A stretch of DNA of 64,000 nucleotides, from positions 1 to 64,000 of the IMG/VR virus record IMGVR_UViG_3300032247_000928, one strand, 5' to 3'. Under the pieces are notes generated by a model. The model did not search any database and was not told the DNA's origin. It saw nothing but the letters and a program-made list of their open reading frames with translations. The stretch comes from a virus (Duplodnaviria > Caudoviricetes). This document shows, in pieces, positions 9,207 through 18,093 of this stretch (its first letter is position 1; each line of letters starts with the position of its first letter). Both the position numbers and the translations under genes were made by a program.

Positions 9207-10026
9207 TCAGTTCCTCCAGAGAAGCAATTTTAATTGTTCCTTCTCCTGCTTCGGTACATGCTGCTTTTACTGGGCATGTCTTACAAATTTTTGAATTGCC
9301 ACGATAATTTTTTGTTGGTATTGTTTGATCTTCCCAAGCCTTACGAACTTCACGCATCCAGTTAAATGCATAATCAATCCATTGGCGATAACCATCATTT
9401 ACTTCTACTGGAATAATCATTAAGTCGTGGTTATTTTTATTTTCATAAATTAATGCACCCTTTTGCTTGCCAAGAATTTTCATATAAATAAGCAACTGAA
9501 TTAAATGTGCACCCTTTGGTTTATTTGTTTTCTTGCGATATTCAAAGGCTTCACTCATCATTGTTTTAATTTCTCCAACAATTTCTTCACCTTCCCAATT
9601 AAGCATTACGTCACCGTAACCAAAGATTGGTGGATCATTTGCAACAACCTTAAACTCTGTTGTTTTCTCGCCTTTGTCATTTACATATGGAACAGCAACA
9701 CCAGAAGCAAGCATTGCTCCTTGAATTCTATCATGCCCCATAGTTCCAGAACTCATATTGGCAACACCATATGCATCTGTATAGTCATCAAAAATATTTC
9801 CATTGAATGCAAGATACCAATATCGTGGACATTGCCCATGTTGGTATGCAATTGTTGATGGAGCAAATGTTTTTTTTGTGGTCATCTTTGGACCACGGCT
9901 AACAGTGTATCCAGAATTAATCTTAGCTATCATATCTTCAGCATTAAAGATTATATTTTGCTTAGTAATTGCATCTCTTTTTTCTGTTTCTTTTAACATA
10001 ACCTGCTTTAGTAAACTTTTTGTCAT
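9190..10026 (-). CDS. Cas4-like PD-(D/E)XK exonuclease with Fe-S motif
   Basis: QCPRYWY, GYGDV...GEIKT, QLLIY and C-terminal CKTCPVKAAC (1+3 Cys pattern). Confidence 0.8.
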   Translation of the reverse strand: MTKSLLKQVMLKETEKRDAITKQNIIFNAEDMIAKINSGYTVSRGPKMTTKKTFAPSTIAYQHGQCPRYWYLAFNGNIFDDYTDAYGVANMSSGTMGHDRIQGAMLASGVAVPYVNDKGEKTTEFKVVANDPPIFGYGDVMLNWEGEEIVGEIKTMMSEAFEYRKKTNKPKGAHLIQLLIYMKILGKQKGALIYENKNNHDLMIIPVEVNDGYRQWIDYAFNWMREVRKAWEDQTIPTKNYRGNSKICKTCPVKAACTEAGEGTIKIASLEELSETLQ

Positions 10027-10051
10027 TATTTTTATTCCCTTTGTTTATATA

Positions 10052-10060
10052 AGTATAGCA
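10052..10060 (-). promoter_or_regulatory. Extended -10 promoter (TGCTATACT)
   Basis: Intergenic, upstream of the Cas4-like gene. Confidence 0.6.
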
Positions 10061-10062
10061 GG

Positions 10063-10380
10063 TTAGCGCATTATATACTTGAGTGCTGACACCAAGTTAT
10101 TGATAGATTCCGCTGCTGTGTAATAAATATTCTTTTTTGCACGATCATTTTTGTCTACATTAGCCATCCAAGTAGCCTTAAAAGCCATTTTTGCTGCTAT
10201 TGCCTGTAGTCTTACGATTTCAATACTTGCCACTTGAGTTGGAATATCTGGCTTAATAATTACCTTTGCAATAAATGTCAGGGCAGTAGTTAGTTCCTCA
10301 TCCTGCATATATTCTGCAATTTCAGTCAAACCATTTACCATTTCTAGTGTTGTTTTTACTGGTTCTACTTGTTCAGCCAT
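10063..10380 (-). CDS. Hypothetical protein (helical)
   Basis: 105-aa ORF, tightly packed, preceded by SD GAGGGGG. Confidence 0.75.
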   Translation of the reverse strand: MAEQVEPVKTTLEMVNGLTEIAEYMQDEELTTALTFIAKVIIKPDIPTQVASIEIVRLQAIAAKMAFKATWMANVDKNDRAKKNIYYTAAESINNLVSALKYIMR

Positions 10381-10381
10381 T

Positions 10382-10666
10382 TTATTCCCCCTCTGTTAAC
10401 TGTTCTAGTAATTCTACTTCTATTACTGCAAGGCGAACTTTAGAATCACCTTCGCCAAGTACAATAAATATTGCTGGGTCATTATGATTCTTAATTGCAT
10501 CAGTTACAGCTTTAGCCCAAATATCTTTATTGATAGTAATGCCTTTTGGATATTCCTTAAAGTCAACAGTAAAATTTTTCCAAGTTGCATCACCTTTATG
10601 GGTTCCACGACCTGAGTTTTTATGTTGCTTGGCTCCAAGCCTTTTTGATTCACTTTTTTCGCTCAT
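10382..10666 (-). CDS. Hjc-like PD-(D/E)XK Holliday junction resolvase
   Basis: E..E..RLGAKQHKNSGRG..KGDA...VDFKE pattern of small archaeal-type resolvases; recombination gene context. Confidence 0.6.
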   Translation of the reverse strand: MSEKSESKRLGAKQHKNSGRGTHKGDATWKNFTVDFKEYPKGITINKDIWAKAVTDAIKNHNDPAIFIVLGEGDSKVRLAVIEVELLEQLTEGE

Positions 10667-10829
10667 AATCCTTCTTTGTTACAATTAATGGAACTTTTGA
10701 TATATGTTTTTTTGTACACATCCAAGTAAGATCAGCAGTTTCAGTCCAAAGACGAAGAGATTTAACTTCTTCTTTGCATACTTGACAATTAAACTGACCG
10801 CTAAATACTTTAAATTTATCGTTAGGCAT
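10650..10829 (-). CDS. Small zinc-ribbon protein (59 aa)
   Basis: Read manually: MPNDKFKVFSGQFNCQVCKEEVKSLRLWTETADLTWMCTKKHISKVPLIVTKKDYERKK (CxxC...CxxxH). Confidence 0.75.
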   Translation of the reverse strand: MPNDKFKVFSGQFNCQVCKEEVKSLRLWTETADLTWMCTKKHISKVPLIVTKKDYERKK

Positions 10830-11835
10830 TCAACAGCTTACTCCTAAGAGATTCTTGCAAATCAAGATCTTCCCTAACACGATTAATAAATCCTTCACGA
10901 CCTTGAACTTTTGTTCCATCTTCAAGTTTATACCAAGCACCTGTGCGTTCTACTAAACCTGCGAGTTCAGCAGTGTCAACAAGATCGCCAATCCCATCAA
11001 TACCAACATTGTCACCTCTAAAATAGAAATCATATTCGCCAGATTGAAAACCAGCAGATGTTTTAGAAAACTGTAACTCCCATTTAACCTTGCGACCAAT
11101 TTTTTCTTCAATTAATTTATCTCCTACTTGAATCTTGCCTTTAATCGCTTGATTGTCAGATTCGGAAGAAAAAAGTTTAATAACAGTTGAGGAATAAAAC
11201 TTAGTAGCCTGACCACCAGAAGGCTGCTGGCTAGTATACATAGCACTGATATTGTTACGAGACTGAGAAATAAGAACAAGCAAAGTTGGCTTAACTTTAT
11301 TATTTGCATAATTAAGCATTTTCCACGCATTGCTAAAGTCTCTAGACTCAGCACCAATTTGTTTAGTGTTTTCAAGTTGTTTAAGTTCATCTGTATCCTT
11401 TTCAAAATAAATAGCAGGTAGTAAAGATGTAATACTATCTATAACAATTATATCAACGCCAGCATTCATTAGGCTTGTGCCTACATCTACCATTTCATTA
11501 ATAGTTCTTGCTTGTGAATAAATAAGTTTTGTTGAATCTACCCCAAGTTTTTTAGCCCATTCAGAATCGTATGACATTTCTGCATCAATCCACGCACAGA
11601 CTTTTCCTTCCCTTTGTGCTATACCTATCATTTGAAGGCATAGAGAGGACTTTGCAGAGGATTTGGAGCCCCAGATAAGTACCTGACGACCATAAGGTAA
11701 ACCACCTTTTAAGGCTTTGTTAATGCCAAAGCTAGGTGTTGCTGCATAATCAACCTTTTGTCCTGTAGCATCTCCAAGACGCTTACGGATACGTGGATCT
11801 AACTGTGCTAATACTTCTTCCATTGTTACTGACAT
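10822..11835 (-). CDS. recA: RecA/UvsX-like recombinase
   Basis: LKGGLPYGR, Walker A variant GSKSSAKS, WIDAE, IIVIDSI, ISQSR, GGQATKFYSS motifs. Confidence 0.92.
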   Translation of the reverse strand: MSVTMEEVLAQLDPRIRKRLGDATGQKVDYAATPSFGINKALKGGLPYGRQVLIWGSKSSAKSSLCLQMIGIAQREGKVCAWIDAEMSYDSEWAKKLGVDSTKLIYSQARTINEMVDVGTSLMNAGVDIIVIDSITSLLPAIYFEKDTDELKQLENTKQIGAESRDFSNAWKMLNYANNKVKPTLLVLISQSRNNISAMYTSQQPSGGQATKFYSSTVIKLFSSESDNQAIKGKIQVGDKLIEEKIGRKVKWELQFSKTSAGFQSGEYDFYFRGDNVGIDGIGDLVDTAELAGLVERTGAWYKLEDGTKVQGREGFINRVREDLDLQESLRSKLLNA

Positions 11836-12152
11836 TAAAATTTTACCCCATGTTTTTCTGGTCTAGTCTTGTTAAACTCTGATTTTTGTTTAAGAATATA
11901 ATCAAGTGATTCTCTAGTATACCCTGCTTCAACCATTCCTGCATAAAGATCTAGTGTGCGAATAATAATATCTGAAAACTCTTTAGCAATTTCTTCTCCA
12001 CCCTTATCTTTTCTTACTGCTTCCATTACTTCAACAACTTCAGATACAATCATCATGAGTTGCTTGGCAACAAAAATGTCATCAACATCTTCTGGCCAAA
12101 AACCTTTTTCAACTGCTACCTTGTGCAAATCAATTGCTAACTGATCAAACAT
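11835..12152 (-). CDS. mazG: MazG-like nucleotide pyrophosphohydrolase
   Basis: IVSEVVEVMEAVRK...IAKEFSDIIIRTLD motif. Confidence 0.82.
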   Translation of the reverse strand: MFDQLAIDLHKVAVEKGFWPEDVDDIFVAKQLMMIVSEVVEVMEAVRKDKGGEEIAKEFSDIIIRTLDLYAGMVEAGYTRESLDYILKQKSEFNKTRPEKHGVKF

Positions 12153-15100
12153 TTACTACGTCCTCCAATATAACTGTTCCATCTTTAGTTTTACCCAAAG
12201 AAACCTTATAGACATTTCCTTCTTCAATAGTCATGTAAGCCTTGGAAAATGCTGTAGGGAACACAAGCACTGAGTGAAGTTCTCTACCAGCATCTGCTAC
12301 TACAAGGTTTGCCATCTTCTTTCCAGCCTTTGTCATTCTTGGCTTAAAGGAAACTACAAACTGCTCTTCACCCTTATATGGCAACTGCTTATAATTTAAA
12401 AACTTTACTAAAGCATCTTTTGATTCTTTAATGCTATCTGCAGGAATTGCATTTACAATTCTGTTATCGCTAACAAGAATCAAATAAGTTTTACCAGTTT
12501 CAATTGTTGTGTTTTCATCATCAAAGATTCCGACACTACCAGTCTTATCAAGAAATTCAACTCTTGACCAACCCTTACCACGCTTAACTGACTTAATCAT
12601 TCCAAGCATTACAAAAGATCCAACCTCTTCATAATCTTCTGATTCTTGAATATAAGCATAATAATGTTGAGGAACTGTCATGTTAAACTCAGGCAGGTTT
12701 AAATACTCGTAGAGATTTTCTTTAATCTCTTGATCATTACGTTGGCTGTCTTCAAATGTTGCTGCACCGATAATTCGTAATGCTTGAAGAGCACGAGAGT
12801 TAACTCCGTTTCCTTTAGTAAAAGTAAACTCCTCAAGTTCAGCATATGACTTGAAAGGTCTAGCAGCCATGTATCGTTCAGCAATCTTATCTGAGATAAA
12901 CTTAATACCCGATAAACCAAACCGTATACCTTTACCTTCAATCTTAAAATCAATATCTGATTCGTTGATATGAGGTAACTTAATGCTGATTCCCATTCTT
13001 TTTGCTTCAATAAGATATTCAGTACGTGCATCTTTATCCTTTTCATTTTTTAATAGTGAATACATAAACTCTAGTGGGTAATGATACTTTAACCACGCCG
13101 TCCAATACGAAAGAGTAGAGTAAGCAACTGCGTGACTTTTGTTGAACGAATACCCCGCATGGGCTTCAAAGTCATGCCAAAGATCAAGAGCCTTGTTAGG
13201 CGAAATATAAGCAGACGCACCAGAAACAAACTTGTCCTTGAAAACGTCAAACTCTTTAGCATCTTTTTTCTTTCCAATGATTTTTCTAACTTTATCTGCT
13301 TCCGACATGGACATACCGCCAAGGTGTACGCATGCTTGCATAACTTGTTCCTGGTAAAGAATACAGCCATAAGTTTCCTCCGTAAATGATTTAAGAATTT
13401 GATGCTTATAATCTGGATTTTGACGTCCATGCTTGATAGCAATATAGTCTTTTCCAATAGTATTCATAGCACCAGGACGAACTAGAGCGTTTGATGCAGC
13501 AAGTTCTTCAAGATTCTTTACACGCATCTTAATAAGAAGGTTTGTGTATGGTGCTGCTTCACACTGAAACACACCCTTTGTATACCCATCTGAAAGCATT
13601 GTGTAAACATTAGCATCATCCATATTAATCTTTAATGGATCAATCTTTGTTCCTTCACGCTCTTTAATAATATCAATACAGTCTTTAAGTACCGTCAAAG
13701 TTTTTAGACCTAACGCATCAATCTTAATCAAACCAATGTTTTCGGCCTCTCCCATATCTACAGCAACAACAGGAATACGCTCATCTTGTCCAGCAACTGA
13801 TCTTGTTTCCATTGGGGCATATCTAAATATTGGATCCTTAGATGTTACAACTCCAGCAGCGTGAATACCTGTGCCCTTGATACGTCCACGTAATTGTTCT
13901 CCGTAAACCTCAACCTCTGGATACTTCTCTCTAAACCATGCTGCAGATTTTGAAGAACAGTACTCGTCCCAAGTGTCAATCTGCTTGTTTACTTTGTTTG
14001 CATCTGCCAATGGAATACTTAATACACGAGAAACATCTTTAACAATGTTCTTATCTTTAAACTGCATAAAGGTTGCAATTGAAGCAACGTGGCGATATTG
14101 TCTAACTAAATAATCTTTTACCTCATCACGACGATTGTCTTGAATATCAGAATCAATATCTGGAAAGTCATTACGTTCTGGATTAATAAATCGGAAGAAC
14201 AAGAGACCATGTTTAATTGGGTCAATGTCTGTAATACCAAGTGCATAACAGAGCAATGATCCTGCTGCAGATCCACGACCAGGACCTACCATGATTTCTT
14301 CTTTCTTTGCCCAGTTAAGCATATTGCGAACAACTAAGAAGTAAGGACCAAACTTTTTATCTTTAATAATTGTGAGTTCTTCATCAAGACGATCAAGGTA
14401 CTCTTGAGAATCTACCTTGCGTTCTTTCAAACCCTGAAGGGCAAGATCTTTTAGTTCTTTATCTGGATTTTTATATTGAACGGGAAGCAAATCAAGTCCA
14501 GACTTAATGTCATACTCTTCAATCTTATCTGCAATCTCTAAAGAACTTGTGAACATTTCTTCATCTGTGTGGCCCTGTTCTGCCATAGCAATATTCATTT
14601 CTTCATATGAGATAAGGTGAATATCAAAGGTTCTAAATGACATTTGACGGTCTTCGCCATATAGGTAGTCTAAGCGTTCCATCATATTGTCAATCTTCTT
14701 TGACTTATCAAATGTTGATTCTTTTAATACTTTACCGTGAGTATTTAGCAGGAGCATCATCTCCTGAATTTCTTTTTGACTTGTGTCAGCATGGTGACAA
14801 TCAGGCGTTACAACGACCTTAACGTCAAATGCTTTTGCTAACGCAACAAGTTCATCATTAATATTCTTTGGGTTATGCGGCATTAGTTCAATGTAGAAAT
14901 CATCCTTAAAACGATTCTTAAACCATTGAACCTTTTCTTTTGCAAAAGCATATTCTTCATTTTCAATAGCCTTTGCAATCAATCCACCTTGACAAGCAGA
15001 TAACGCAATAATTCCATCACCATACTTATCAAGTACTTCAAAATCAATGCGTGGCTTACGATAAAAACCATCAGTCCATGCAATTTCGTTTAACTTATTA

Positions 15101-15423
15101 AGGTTTTCCAAACCTTCTTGGTTCTTAGCAAGAAGAACTATGTGGAAATAGTTAACATCAAGTGGACCTACCCTTTCGGACTTATCCCTTTTATCATGTC
15201 TATCTAATGCCAAATAACCTTCTATGCCAAGAATTGGTTTGATGCCCTTTGCTTTTGCAATACGGTGCAGTTCCCTATGCCCAGATAAAGTTCCGTGGTC
15301 AGTAATGGCAATTGCTGTCATTCCTAACTCAACTGCACGGTCAATGTATTCTTCTGGAGTAGCAACACCATCCATCAATGAATAGTGTGTATGGACGTGT
15401 AGAGCAACATAGTTATTAGCCAT
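12145..15423 (-). CDS. dnaE: DNA polymerase III alpha subunit (C family)
   Basis: PHP domain (HVHTHYSLMDG, TDHG), GRGSAAGS, FPDIDSD, GIHAAGV, KIDALGL, GYSFNKSHAVAY, C-terminal OB fold. No intein. Confidence 0.97.
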   Translation of the reverse strand: MANNYVALHVHTHYSLMDGVATPEEYIDRAVELGMTAIAITDHGTLSGHRELHRIAKAKGIKPILGIEGYLALDRHDKRDKSERVGPLDVNYFHIVLLAKNQEGLENLNKLNEIAWTDGFYRKPRIDFEVLDKYGDGIIALSACQGGLIAKAIENEEYAFAKEKVQWFKNRFKDDFYIELMPHNPKNINDELVALAKAFDVKVVVTPDCHHADTSQKEIQEMMLLLNTHGKVLKESTFDKSKKIDNMMERLDYLYGEDRQMSFRTFDIHLISYEEMNIAMAEQGHTDEEMFTSSLEIADKIEEYDIKSGLDLLPVQYKNPDKELKDLALQGLKERKVDSQEYLDRLDEELTIIKDKKFGPYFLVVRNMLNWAKKEEIMVGPGRGSAAGSLLCYALGITDIDPIKHGLLFFRFINPERNDFPDIDSDIQDNRRDEVKDYLVRQYRHVASIATFMQFKDKNIVKDVSRVLSIPLADANKVNKQIDTWDEYCSSKSAAWFREKYPEVEVYGEQLRGRIKGTGIHAAGVVTSKDPIFRYAPMETRSVAGQDERIPVVAVDMGEAENIGLIKIDALGLKTLTVLKDCIDIIKEREGTKIDPLKINMDDANVYTMLSDGYTKGVFQCEAAPYTNLLIKMRVKNLEELAASNALVRPGAMNTIGKDYIAIKHGRQNPDYKHQILKSFTEETYGCILYQEQVMQACVHLGGMSMSEADKVRKIIGKKKDAKEFDVFKDKFVSGASAYISPNKALDLWHDFEAHAGYSFNKSHAVAYSTLSYWTAWLKYHYPLEFMYSLLKNEKDKDARTEYLIEAKRMGISIKLPHINESDIDFKIEGKGIRFGLSGIKFISDKIAERYMAARPFKSYAELEEFTFTKGNGVNSRALQALRIIGAATFEDSQRNDQEIKENLYEYLNLPEFNMTVPQHYYAYIQESEDYEEVGSFVMLGMIKSVKRGKGWSRVEFLDKTGSVGIFDDENTTIETGKTYLILVSDNRIVNAIPADSIKESKDALVKFLNYKQLPYKGEEQFVVSFKPRMTKAGKKMANLVVADAGRELHSVLVFPTAFSKAYMTIEEGNVYKVSLGKTKDGTVILEDVVNV

Positions 15424-16166
15424 TAATTAAAATCTTTCTTATTCCAGTATAACTTTTTATATCCACCTGAAAAAAATGACTTAACATTAAAAACTTGCTG
15501 ATTAACTTCATTTAAAGTTTTATTTTTTAATTGCATTTTTTCTGATTTCCAAGATTCTCTTTTAATTGGAATTATCTGATACATTGGAGTTCCTTTTGGT
15601 ATTAATCCAGAAAAATCTTCCTTTATAAAAAATCCGACTTTTCCACCCAAAAAATATTTATCTGAATCAATTATTCCAGAAAAACATTTAAAAGGTAGAT
15701 CATCCCTATTAAGTGGATGAGTAATTAATGCACTATATCCTTTTGGTAAAATTGGGTTCCAAACTCTAGACCAATGAAAAAAAGCATTTTTATCAAAACC
15801 AATTGGTACTGGTATTTTTGCTAGTCCAACTTTTGACCTAGTAGATATTATTGGACTTGCTTCATCTACTGATGTAGAATAATGAAAAAATATTTCATCA
15901 TCTTTACGTTCAATAAAAATATCGCACCAGGTTTCTTGAATATATCCAGACACTAATGTATCTAAAAATGGCATACACTTTTTTACAGTTGTATTTGGAA
16001 TGCCTGGCTCTTCAAAAAATAGATCATTAGTGTATGAATTACTTTTACTATTAAAAAAAGAGCCAGACTCCTTGTACCAATTTGGTAAATAAAATTTTGC
16101 TGGTTTTGGCATAGGTACAATTTCTTGTACAACATTGCTACTAGCAACAAAATTAATTTTTTTCAA
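15423..16166 (-). CDS. Degenerate dUTPase-like family protein, paralog 1
   Basis: KKCMPFLD..VSGY, PKGYSALITHPLNR.DLPF, SGIIDSDKY, IPKGTPMYQIIPIKR; the same motifs recur at 20964, 58070 and 63522. Confidence 0.7.
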   Translation of the reverse strand: MKKINFVASSNVVQEIVPMPKPAKFYLPNWYKESGSFFNSKSNSYTNDLFFEEPGIPNTTVKKCMPFLDTLVSGYIQETWCDIFIERKDDEIFFHYSTSVDEASPIISTRSKVGLAKIPVPIGFDKNAFFHWSRVWNPILPKGYSALITHPLNRDDLPFKCFSGIIDSDKYFLGGKVGFFIKEDFSGLIPKGTPMYQIIPIKRESWKSEKMQLKNKTLNEVNQQVFNVKSFFSGGYKKLYWNKKDFN

Positions 16167-16168
16167 TT

Positions 16169-16822
16169 TTACCAGTCCATGTTTCCCGAAGCAGTATTAG
16201 GTGTATCAAAGCCTAGATAAAAGGCTTCTTGTTCAGCATAAGGAATCTTATTAAGTGCTTTCTCTAATGGGAAAGGCTCAACTTCTGCCCAATTAAATGG
16301 TTCCTTGTCTGGACCACCTGGAATTAAAGTATAAGATGTTTCAGTTCCCTGACCATTACGCTTCATTTTCCAAGTAAGATTTGAAATACTGCCTGTCTCC
16401 AGTGCGTATTCACGAATAGTATTAAATGCAGATTGCTTGCTGACACCCATTGACCAAATAGCTACATATGGTGCTTCAATGCCGTCGTCTACAAGTACGT
16501 TGCAATAGAAGCGAAGACGTGCTCTCCAGCCTGCCTTCATATCCTTGCGGTGCATTTCTTCTGCCCAGTCACGACCTTCTGTATCCATTGTGTCTACAGC
16601 TTTACGCTTGTAATCCTTTGGGTTTGTATGTTCTGAAACAACAAGTGCGAGACCACGGGCCTCATTATAATTTGCTGAATCTTCATCAAGCTCTTCAATA
16701 AAACGAATCTTTACTGCTTGTCCATCAGCCAACTTGAGCCAACGAACTTTTGTGCCTGTGCCTTCATACTTGGGCTTGTCTACCAATGCGTTGATATTTT
16801 TTAATCCCTTTACAATAGCCAT
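16169..16822 (-). CDS. ssb: Single-stranded DNA-binding protein (gp32-like)
   Basis: WLKLADGQAVKIRF...YCNVLV...WKMKRNGQGTETSYTLIP with acidic/aromatic tail; replication gene context. Confidence 0.75.
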   Translation of the reverse strand: MAIVKGLKNINALVDKPKYEGTGTKVRWLKLADGQAVKIRFIEELDEDSANYNEARGLALVVSEHTNPKDYKRKAVDTMDTEGRDWAEEMHRKDMKAGWRARLRFYCNVLVDDGIEAPYVAIWSMGVSKQSAFNTIREYALETGSISNLTWKMKRNGQGTETSYTLIPGGPDKEPFNWAEVEPFPLEKALNKIPYAEQEAFYLGFDTPNTASGNMDW

Positions 16823-16857
16823 TTTTATTTTCTCCTATATGTTTTGTTATGTTTTTA

Positions 16858-17151
16858 TTATAGTATTAAGCCAAAATGTTTTGCAATTGATAAAATTGCT
16901 AAAATAGTCCATAATATATTGAACCAAATAATTGTTGGCAATGTTTTTACCGTTGATGACCAAATTAATGAAAAACTTGAAACCAATGCAAAAATATATA
17001 ACCACCAAAATTGTTTGCCAAATAGTAAACCTGGAAAGATAATTGCAATTTTTGTCATGAATGCAAAAAACTCTACGGTATTTGGCTTATCCCAATACGA
17101 CTTAAAACGCATTTTTTTCAATGCTTTTAGCCACTGTGTTCTAAATTTCAT
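16858..17151 (-). CDS. Small multi-pass membrane protein
   Basis: Three hydrophobic segments; own extended -10 (TGTTAAAAT, 17169-17177) and SD. Confidence 0.7.
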   Translation of the reverse strand: MKFRTQWLKALKKMRFKSYWDKPNTVEFFAFMTKIAIIFPGLLFGKQFWWLYIFALVSSFSLIWSSTVKTLPTIIWFNILWTILAILSIAKHFGLIL

Positions 17152-17166
17152 TTTGACCCCTTTATA

Positions 17167-18093
17167 CTATTTTAACATAGCAATGATTGAATTGTCAAAT
17201 TGGAATTCCAACTTTTTAATTGCTTCATCGTCCATGTCTCCTATGTCTTTATATTTTTTATCTAACTGTATTACTGTGACAAGGTGACCTAGTTTCTCAA
17301 CTAGTTTATCTTTCATGATAGAACCAGCCTCATCATTGTCTGCAACAAGTACAATATTATTGAAGTACTTTGCTAATAGTTTAATCTGTGATACAGATAC
17401 ATTAGCCCCCAGTGTTGCAACTGCTGGGAAACCTACTTGATCAAGTCTAATAGCATCAAATGATGATTCAACTACATAGACTGTTGTTGATGTTTTAACT
17501 CTGTGCAAGTTAAATAAAATTTTACTTTTTGGTAAACCTGGAGTATTTTTAAAATCTTTACCCTCAATAGTTCTAGCAACAAACCCAATACACATTCCAT
17601 CTGGAGTGGCCATTGGTATAGTTACTGAATCTTGTTTTTCTGAAAACCCTAGATTAAATTTTATCACAGAATCTTTAGTAATACTGCGACCTTCAAAATA
17701 TCTCATTGCTCTTGGTGATTCAATGGCTTGGTTGTTAAGTCTTTTAATTAATATTTCATCATACTGGACAAAATCTGCAGGAGCATATAGTGCTTTATCA
17801 ATTACAGAAGAAAGGTTTGACTCTTGTTCTTTGCTTTTAATATATCGTGCAGCTTCAAAATATGTTCTATTTGACATAAACATAATTAACTCAGTTAGAT
17901 TCTTTGTTACTTGACAGCCAAAACAAAAGAACAATCCAGACTCCTTAGATACTTCTCCAGCAGGTGTTTTATTGTTGTTGTGATAGGGACAAAAGATAAT
18001 AAAGTCAGAACCAAACTCTGCCTCAATATCAATCCCTGCTCCATTGAGAACACGACGAATCTGATCCTCTGTGTATATTTCTTTACTTGCCAT
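17167..18093 (-). CDS. dnaG: DNA primase (Zn-finger + Toprim)
   Basis: CPYH...CFGC zinc finger; VVESSFDAI and VADNDEAG Toprim motifs. Start at ATG 18093. Confidence 0.92.
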   Translation of the reverse strand: MASKEIYTEDQIRRVLNGAGIDIEAEFGSDFIIFCPYHNNNKTPAGEVSKESGLFFCFGCQVTKNLTELIMFMSNRTYFEAARYIKSKEQESNLSSVIDKALYAPADFVQYDEILIKRLNNQAIESPRAMRYFEGRSITKDSVIKFNLGFSEKQDSVTIPMATPDGMCIGFVARTIEGKDFKNTPGLPKSKILFNLHRVKTSTTVYVVESSFDAIRLDQVGFPAVATLGANVSVSQIKLLAKYFNNIVLVADNDEAGSIMKDKLVEKLGHLVTVIQLDKKYKDIGDMDDEAIKKLEFQFDNSIIAMLK

